Assembly: GCA_022560555.1 (NCBI GenBank)
Contig: JADFSZ010000057.1
Coordinates: 1-9,344, forward strand
Direction: 5' to 3'
DNA: 9,344 bases
Source of the DNA: PVC group bacterium
GTDB taxonomy: Bacteria > GCA-001730085 > JADFSZ01
The stretch's first letter is position 1; each line of letters starts with the position of its first letter. Position numbers and translations under genes: made by a program. Positions 1 to 5,494 of the stretch are shown piece after piece. Under the pieces are notes generated by a model. That model did no database searches and was not told where the DNA came from. It saw only the letters and a program-made list of their open reading frames with translations.

Positions 1-1
1 T

Positions 2-223
2 ACGGAACTTTCAAGCCTCAATGTTGAATATGAAAACAAAAGAAAATCCAAGCGCCTACGACATCCGAATCTCAAGGTTATCAAGCCAGGAGGATTCCGC
101 GCGTATCGAAAAAAGAAAGTTTTGGGCGGTGTGCATGACGGGCAGTTTAAATCATGCGGATTGACAAGCCAGAATGAATTTTCAAAGAATTTTGAAATTG
201 TTGAAGTGATAAAAGTTGATTGA
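2..223 (+). CDS. 3' end of an unidentified protein-coding gene entering from the left edge (last 73 codons, Lys/Arg-rich)
   Basis: Frame 2 is open from base 2 to TGA at 221-223 (...KRKSKRLRHPNLKVIKPGGFRAYRKKKVLGGVHDGQFKSCGLTSQNEFSKNFEIVEVIKVD*). It is absent from the ORF track because it has no start in the window. The stop abuts the PilZ start region. I recognise no family. Frame 3 is also open from base 3 to TGA 162-164, so the frame and even coding status are uncertain. Confidence 0.3.
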   Translation, partial: TELSSLNVEYENKRKSKRLRHPNLKVIKPGGFRAYRKKKVLGGVHDGQFKSCGLTSQNEFSKNFEIVEVIKVD

Positions 224-237
224 AAGGGATGAATGCG

Positions 238-630
238 ATGGGTCTATTTAAATTTTTCCGCCCGAGTGATCACGAACGAAGAAAGACGTCACGAATTCCT
301 TTTGAGTTGATTATTTGCTATCAGAATCCCAAAGGTGTCGCGGGAAAAGACGGCGAGGATATTTATGTAAAATGTCTGGATATTTCTTCGGGCGGCCTTC
401 TGTTTGTGAGTACCGATCAATTTGACGAAGGGAGTTTGCTCACGGTTCAGATTCCCATTCCCGGAAACACAAAAGCCCTTGAGACGCGTGTCGAGGTTAT
501 CCGTGTTCGCCAAATGGATAAAGGCCATTTCGAAATGGGAGTGAAATTTTCTGCTTTGTCGGGTGAGGATCATGTGGCTGTCGAAAAACTTGTAGCGTGT
601 TACAAGAGAAACACGGATTTAAGTATTTGA
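238..630 (+). CDS. Single-domain PilZ protein (predicted c-di-GMP receptor), about 130 aa
   Basis: Both halves of the PilZ c-di-GMP binding signature are intact: RxxxR as R-K-T-S-R (within ERRKTSRIPF, nt 277-294) and D/NxSxxG as D-I-S-S-G-G (nt 379-396). The rest is beta-rich, as in a PilZ barrel (LLTVQIPIPG, TRVEVIRVRQ, FEMGVKF). The track ORF begins at TTG 220. I prefer ATG 238, which lies 9 nt after the AAAGGG Shine-Dalgarno-like run at 223-228. ATG 229 and TTG 220 (a TTGA overlap with the upstream stop) remain possible. Confidence 0.8.
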   Translation: MGLFKFFRPSDHERRKTSRIPFELIICYQNPKGVAGKDGEDIYVKCLDISSGGLLFVSTDQFDEGSLLTVQIPIPGNTKALETRVEVIRVRQMDKGHFEMGVKFSALSGEDHVAVEKLVACYKRNTDLSI

Positions 631-656
631 TATTTGAACGTTAGGGGGCGTGTACT

Positions 657-687
657 AACCCAATGTCAATCATTGGGTTTTATTTTA
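657..687 (+). terminator. Rho-independent terminator downstream of the PilZ gene
   Basis: A perfect 9-bp stem, AACCCAATG (657-665) pairing with CATTGGGTT (671-679), has a 5-nt loop TCAAT and is followed by the T-rich tail TTATTTTA (680-687). It lies 27 nt after the PilZ stop. Confidence 0.7.
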
Positions 688-720
688 GCCATGTTTGACT
701 AAAAAAAGAAAGGGTTTCAT

Positions 721-3231
721 ATGGGGTGTGGGCACAAGGTTAGACAAAGATTGGGGATCATTGCTTTTTTTGCTCTGGGTTTGTTTTTCGGGCTCAATCA
801 CGCTTTTGGGGACGATGTTCTTGATGAGGAAGAACTATCTGTTAAAAAGAAACAACACGTTGACATTCAGGCGGAGGACTCTGATGAGGTGTTTGTTTTT
901 GGCAGAGATATCTTTGTCAACGGCTACGAATATTATGTACGCGGTATCAACTACTCAATGACGTATCCAAGAACAGAACATTACTCACAAATACCGCGTG
1001 ACATTATTGAAAATGACATCCATTTGATCCAACAAGGGGGATTTAATACGGTAAAAACTTATGAAATGGTTCCGGATTGGTTGTTGGACCAAATCAATGA
1101 AAAGGGACTTCGCCTTATCGAGACGGTTTGCTTCCCGAGCGATTGGACTGACTTTACGTCATACTATGACCGTAAAAAAATTAAAAAGCAGGCGATTGCC
1201 AATGTCCGGCGCCACAAAGAAAAACACGGAATTTTAGCTTGGTCCATGTGGAATGACGGACCCTTTACACACGGGAATCAGGTGGGAAATGTCATTGAGG
1301 CATATTCTGAGGAGATTGTTAACGCCTTTTTAGAGGATATTTATCTAGCCATTAAGAAGGAGGATTTATATCATCCTGTGACGGGTTCTAACATTGTTGA
1401 GGGATTTGAAGGGAGCCGTATGGGATTTTCCTTCATCGATTTTTTCTCATTTAACGTGTATTTCGGTATCAGTGATTGGCTAAAGGGGAATTATGATACA
1501 CACAAGGCGGATCGTCAGATGGACGATATTCTGGATATTTTGGATTGGACAAATAAGCCGGGCATAATTGCCGAGACAGGCTATAGCACCTATCTGCACG
1601 AAGAACTTCAATCCGGAATGATTGGCAGACAAATTCAGTTGATTGAGGAGAATCCTCTCAATGGCTGGGCTTTGTTTCAATGGGCCGATGATTGGGGAAA
1701 ATCCGGCGATGTGTTCAAGCACGATGATCACATAGAAGAACACTGGGGACTTTTAGACGGATGGCGGAAGCCAAAAGCTGTGTACGAAAGTGTCAAGGCT
1801 CGAGCGAAAGTTAATAGACATCAAAAAGCTATTAAAAATTTGCCCGAATTAGCATTGATCGGAAAAAAGGTTCTGGATAAGGATAATTTAAAGATACATA
1901 AAGGCTCCGTTGATCACGAAAAATTAAAAATACGTCTATTTAAACGTAGACACCACAAGAGAATTGATCATGTTAAGATTGATTCACTGACTAAAAAAGT
2001 ACGATCCCTTATTGAATCTGATCGAGAGAATCTTTATAAACATCTTAAAATATTCACAAATGCGTGCATTTCCCATAAGGGGTACGCTTACGCTTACGGG
2101 CACCTGTTGCAATATTATAAAAAATTCTCATCCGTTGAGGAGGATAAAGAATTATCCCATATTGTCCGGTATTTTATGGCTCTTGTCAAATGGAAGCAGC
2201 TGGAAAATCTTGTGAATAAAAGAGACTGGATGGGATACCATGAAATCAAAAAGCAAAGTGTAGAGGATATAGAAACTTGGACACAAGAAACGATTGATCA
2301 AACAAAGCAAGCCGGACTGAAACTAGAAGCGCAATATTTGAGGTGGCTTCTCGCCAATGATTTGTGCAAAGATTCTGAAACGACGGAATTAGGAAAAATA
2401 AAAAAAATTCTTGAAGCCGATTTTCGAAATAAAAATGGTTTTGAGTCTTACGCGGATATAGCCTATCGAATATATAAGATTGGTGACAACTATTTTGCTC
2501 AGGATTTGTTTGACGAGTATTTGAAGCTTGCATTTGAATATTTAGGGAACCCGGATGAATTAATAGAATATCTTGATGTTATTGGTCAGCGGATTCTGCG
2601 GGACCACGGGATCGGGAGCTTTGCTCTTCAAGTGTATAAGGAATATTTGTCAAGATCGATGGAGGAAAGACCCAAAGGAGAAATGATTCAATCATGTCAA
2701 AGAATCCGTGATTTATTTACGCTGGAACGTCAATATGAACACGCGATTGAGTTTTGCCGTATTGTTATCAACATGTATCCTCGTCATAGTTTTCTGGATG
2801 AGTTTTATTTAACAATAGCCTACTGCTTCCGGAAAATCGGTAAGAAAAATGATGCGATTGATTGGTATCTTAAATTGATGAATTCATTTCCGGCAAGTCG
2901 GGAATCCGAAAAAGCCGCCTTTCGTATCGGGGAGATCTATATGAATGCGGGACAAACTCCGAGAGCGCTTAGATCGTTTGAAATTGTTTTGGAGCGTTAC
3001 AGTGATTCCATGTATGCTCCCGAAGCGCTTTGGAATATGATTCTCCTTCAATTAGCGAAGGAACGCTATGACAAACTCCGGACAAATGTTGAATTATTCA
3101 TTGAAAAATACCCCGGACATGATAAGCTAAAATCCGCGCAGAATCTGTTTAACCTTCTTCAAGATCAAGAAGATACAGCGGATAATCCTCTTGAGATGAC
3201 CCAAGAGGATACGGGACATAATGGCCGATAA
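721..3231 (+). CDS. Secreted multidomain protein: signal peptide, GH2-like (clan GH-A) TIM-barrel domain, basic linker and long all-helical/TPR (BamD/YbgF-like) C-terminal region
   Basis: The 836-aa ORF has an RBS GAAAGGG at 708-714, 6 nt before ATG 721. The N-terminus looks like a Sec signal: KVRQR, then LGIIAFFALGLFFGL, then HAFG|DD. Residues ~58-355 carry clan GH-A barrel motifs. These are VRGINYS, GFNTVKTY, ILAWSMWNDGP (compare beta-glucuronidase VVMWSIANEP), KPGIIAETGYS (compare KPIIITEYGVD) and EHWGLLDGWRKPKAVY. Residues ~356-430 are K/R/H-rich. Residues ~430-805 are helical, ending in TPR-like pairs (AAFRIGEIYMNAGQTPRALRSFEIVLERYSDSMYAPEALWNMILLQLAKERYDKLRTNVELFIEKYPGHDKLKSAQ) in the YbgF/BamD pattern. 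Confidence 0.85.
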   Translation: MGCGHKVRQRLGIIAFFALGLFFGLNHAFGDDVLDEEELSVKKKQHVDIQAEDSDEVFVFGRDIFVNGYEYYVRGINYSMTYPRTEHYSQIPRDIIENDIHLIQQGGFNTVKTYEMVPDWLLDQINEKGLRLIETVCFPSDWTDFTSYYDRKKIKKQAIANVRRHKEKHGILAWSMWNDGPFTHGNQVGNVIEAYSEEIVNAFLEDIYLAIKKEDLYHPVTGSNIVEGFEGSRMGFSFIDFFSFNVYFGISDWLKGNYDTHKADRQMDDILDILDWTNKPGIIAETGYSTYLHEELQSGMIGRQIQLIEENPLNGWALFQWADDWGKSGDVFKHDDHIEEHWGLLDGWRKPKAVYESVKARAKVNRHQKAIKNLPELALIGKKVLDKDNLKIHKGSVDHEKLKIRLFKRRHHKRIDHVKIDSLTKKVRSLIESDRENLYKHLKIFTNACISHKGYAYAYGHLLQYYKKFSSVEEDKELSHIVRYFMALVKWKQLENLVNKRDWMGYHEIKKQSVEDIETWTQETIDQTKQAGLKLEAQYLRWLLANDLCKDSETTELGKIKKILEADFRNKNGFESYADIAYRIYKIGDNYFAQDLFDEYLKLAFEYLGNPDELIEYLDVIGQRILRDHGIGSFALQVYKEYLSRSMEERPKGEMIQSCQRIRDLFTLERQYEHAIEFCRIVINMYPRHSFLDEFYLTIAYCFRKIGKKNDAIDWYLKLMNSFPASRESEKAAFRIGEIYMNAGQTPRALRSFEIVLERYSDSMYAPEALWNMILLQLAKERYDKLRTNVELFIEKYPGHDKLKSAQNLFNLLQDQEDTADNPLEMTQEDTGHNGR

Positions 3232-4168
3232 ATACATTACCAAAAAGCAAATAGAGAATATTGCGAAAGATATACTTGATACCTACGGAGGTGAAATTTG
3301 CATTAGCCGGACAGATGGGCTAATTTTACCGAATCGGATTGTTGTTTATGATGTCTTAGATGATTTGTTTAAGATTCTGTTTCCGGGCTATTCCGGTCGT
3401 GAGCAAGTTTGCGAAAGCAATCTCGCCGATCTTGTTAAAAATATTGTTGCGGCTGTCGGTTCAAAATTGCAGGATGAAGTTGAGAATGCATATGTGTTTT
3501 GCAAGGAAATAAAAAAGGATACAAGAGCTACCATCCAGGAAGCTTCCCGGTGTGCCGTTCTCGATCTTCTAAAATGCATCCCGGATATCCGGGAGTCTCT
3601 TAAATCCGATGTGCAGGCGGCTTATGACGGTGATCCGGCCGCGAAATCATTTGATGAAATCATTCTTAGTTATCCATGTATGGAAGCAATCTCCACGTAT
3701 CGTATTGCACACGTACTGTACAAGAAAGACGTTCCGCTGATTCCGCGTCTTATGACCGAACGCGCCCATATGCGAACGGGAATTGATATTCATCCGGGGG
3801 CTAAAATCGGAAAAAGTTTTTTTATTGATCATGGGACCGGAGTTGTTGTCGGAGAAACAACGGTTATAGGTGACAGTGTTAAAATTTACCAGGGAGTGAC
3901 GTTAGGCGCGTTGAGCTTTCCCAAGGATGAGCGAGGACGCGTTATCAAGGGAAGAAAAAGACATCCAACCATAGAGAATCATGTGACTATTTACGCGGAA
4001 GCAACGATTTTGGGCGGCGAAACATTGATCGGGCACGACTCCATCATCGGAGGAAATGTCTGGCTGACGAAGTCTATTTCGCCTTGGACTCGCGTGGAAG
4101 CCCCATTGGAAGGGCAGCGGATTGTCTCGAGAAAAAACGAAAAATCAAACAAAGATCACGTTGTGTGA
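3221..4168 (+). CDS. cysE: Serine O-acetyltransferase, long (~315 aa) EpsC/CysE-type
   Basis: SAT hallmarks are present: DVQAAYDGDPAAKSFDEIILSYPCMEAISTYRIAHVLY, the loop HMRTGIDIHPGAKIG, and left-handed beta-helix hexapeptide repeats (FFIDHGTGVVVGETTVIGDSVKIYQGVTLGA ... KRHPTIENHVTIYAEATILGG). The long helical N-terminus and the FPKDERGRVIKGRK insert match the ~310-aa subfamily often annotated EpsC. ATG 3221 overlaps the upstream stop by 11 nt (ATGGCCGATAA), and AAGAGGA lies at 3203-3209. Confidence 0.9.
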   Translation: MADKYITKKQIENIAKDILDTYGGEICISRTDGLILPNRIVVYDVLDDLFKILFPGYSGREQVCESNLADLVKNIVAAVGSKLQDEVENAYVFCKEIKKDTRATIQEASRCAVLDLLKCIPDIRESLKSDVQAAYDGDPAAKSFDEIILSYPCMEAISTYRIAHVLYKKDVPLIPRLMTERAHMRTGIDIHPGAKIGKSFFIDHGTGVVVGETTVIGDSVKIYQGVTLGALSFPKDERGRVIKGRKRHPTIENHVTIYAEATILGGETLIGHDSIIGGNVWLTKSISPWTRVEAPLEGQRIVSRKNEKSNKDHVV

Positions 4169-4178
4169 AGGGGACGTT

Positions 4179-4490
4179 ATGAATGAGGAAAACACTCGGA
4201 ATCCACAAGCAAATGACCGTGAAGAAGTATTAAAAGAAATCGAGATATTGCGGCAAGAAATTGATTTGATCAATCATAACCTTTTAGATGTTTTGAATCT
4301 TCGTCAGCTTAATGTGATTAAGATTATCCGTCTTAAGCAATCTCAGGGGCTGCCCCTGCGGGACAGCGAAAGAGAAGAGCAAATGTTAAACAAAGTGATT
4401 GCGGGCAATTCCGGGCCGATTACGGCCGAAACTGTTCGTGATGTCATGAAGGCGGTATTTAAGCATACCCTCCAAGATCTAAATATCTAA
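4179..4490 (+). CDS. Monofunctional AroQ-class chorismate mutase (~103 aa)
   Basis: The three-helix AroQ pattern keeps its catalytic positions: LRQEID (Arg), NLRQLNVIKIIRLKQ (Arg/Lys), PLRDSEREEQML (RDxxRE) and VFKHTLQ (Gln). The track starts at TTG 4122 inside cysE. I place the start at in-frame ATG 4179, preceded by GAAGGGGA (4168-4175) and 10 nt after the cysE stop. Confidence 0.8.
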   Translation: MNEENTRNPQANDREEVLKEIEILRQEIDLINHNLLDVLNLRQLNVIKIIRLKQSQGLPLRDSEREEQMLNKVIAGNSGPITAETVRDVMKAVFKHTLQDLNI

Positions 4491-4552
4491 CACATGGATG
4501 CCTCTATCTATCCCCGTTTGCTCTCGCGCTATTTTAATGAAAAAGTTTTTTC

Positions 4553-5482
4553 ATGAAAAAGAAAACTGCATATACAATTAAAAATCTCTTAGAATTAGCG
4601 GCCGAATATTTTGATAAAGCCGAGATTGAAAGTCCCCGGCGAAACGCGGAGTACGTATTGAGTTCTGTCCTTGGTTTGAATCGTATGGACTTGTTTCTTA
4701 AGTATGATTTAGTTGTCAATGATCCCGAGCGAGTTCAATTCAGGTGTTTAGCCGGGCGCATACAAAAGGGGGAACCCTGGCAATATGTTATAGGCCACAC
4801 AAGTTTTATGGGCTTGGAAATTGATGTTGCCCCCGGGGTGCTTATTCCTCGCCCCGAAACGGAAGAACTCGTTGGGCATGTCTTAGATATTGTTAAGAAA
4901 AATGAGCGTCAAAATATTAATGTTCTCGATATGTGCACCGGATCCGGCAATATGATCATTGCTTTTGCGCACTTTTTTCTGAATAGGGCGGAATCTTCCC
5001 CTTCACAGACTACGAAAAATTTACCGGGACTTCAAATGTTTGCGGTTGATCAATCTTTGAAAGCTTTGGAAATAGCAAAAAAAAATGCGGCTAAATTCCC
5101 TTTTAAGGACTCAATACAGTTTTTTCAAGGGGACCTATTCTCTTGTTTAGAAGAAAATAATTTAGCCGGAAAAATGGATATTATTATGTCTAATCCGCCT
5201 TATGTGCCATCAGAGGTTCTCAAAAACCTCTCGGTGAGAGTGAAGAATTATGAGCCTCGTGAGGCTTTGGATGGAGGTGCGGATGGTCTTGACTATTATA
5301 AGAGGATTATTCCCGAAGCTCATCGTTTTCTTCGCTCAAGAGCTTTCTTGGCTCTTGAGCTTGGAGAACATATGATGGAGCCCATTCAAGCGATATTTCA
5401 TCAAGGCGGTGTGTATGATAATATTGAATTTATAAAGGATGATGCGGGACGTATTCGATTTGCGTTCGCTCAAAAACGGTAG
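4553..5482 (+). CDS. prmC: Peptide chain release factor N5-glutamine methyltransferase (PrmC/HemK)
   Basis: The N-terminal HemK helical domain is present (SPRRNAEYVLSSVLGLNRMDLFL, GEPWQYVIGHTSFMGLEIDVAPGVLIPRPETE). So are SAM motif I (VLDMCTGSGN) and the catalytic NPPY (IIMSNPPYVPS, nt 5192-5203). There is no obvious Shine-Dalgarno sequence before ATG 4553. Confidence 0.9.
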   Translation: MKKKTAYTIKNLLELAAEYFDKAEIESPRRNAEYVLSSVLGLNRMDLFLKYDLVVNDPERVQFRCLAGRIQKGEPWQYVIGHTSFMGLEIDVAPGVLIPRPETEELVGHVLDIVKKNERQNINVLDMCTGSGNMIIAFAHFFLNRAESSPSQTTKNLPGLQMFAVDQSLKALEIAKKNAAKFPFKDSIQFFQGDLFSCLEENNLAGKMDIIMSNPPYVPSEVLKNLSVRVKNYEPREALDGGADGLDYYKRIIPEAHRFLRSRAFLALELGEHMMEPIQAIFHQGGVYDNIEFIKDDAGRIRFAFAQKR

Positions 5483-5494
5483 GAAATAATTCTC

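Noticed and set aside
161-190. Perfect -35 hexamer TTGACA (161-166) upstream of PilZ
   Set aside because: The best downstream -10 candidates are poor (AAGAAT at an 18-nt spacing). The hexamer also lies inside the frame-2 ORF. It is noted as an alternative in the findings but not called as a promoter.
1-243. Minus-strand frame open from 243 to the left edge (81 codons)
   Set aside because: The translation (THRIHPFQSTFITSTISKFFENSFWLVNPHDLNCPSCTPPKTFFF...) contains no ATG or GTG start and looks non-protein-like. It overlaps the PilZ start and the + strand frame-2 ORF.
695-961. 88-aa + strand ORF overlapping the 5' end of the GH-TPR gene in another frame
   Set aside because: It is out of frame with the 836-aa ORF, which has the RBS, signal peptide and domain motifs. 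Its product is an unremarkable hydrophobic or basic string. It is a frame artefact.
2083-2100. Hexanucleotide tandem TACGCT-TACGCT-TACGGG (encodes YAYAYG) inside the GH-TPR gene
   Set aside because: It has under three copies, and slippage would stay in frame. There is no evidence of a phase-variation role.
4122-4178. TTG-initiated 19-codon N-terminal extension of the chorismate mutase ORF (track start 4122)
   Set aside because: The extension lies inside the cysE coding region. The in-frame ATG 4179 has a good SD (GAAGGGGA) and gives a typical ~100-aa AroQ length.
4537-4581. Duplicated ATGAAAAAG (4537 and 4553) giving a 14-codon upstream mini-ORF (MKKFFHEKENCIYN) overlapping the prmC start
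   Set aside because: It is very short, has no SD, and is a low-complexity A/T sequence. It could be a coincidence of the A-rich start region. The prmC N-terminus from ATG 4553 aligns well with the family.
5077-5085. A9 homopolymer in prmC, plus A8 runs at 2400-2407, 6338-6345 and 6892-6899, considered as slippage or phase-variation tracts
   Set aside because: All coding ones are simply AAA/AAG Lys-codon runs in an AT-rich genome and sit in essential housekeeping genes, where phase variation is implausible.
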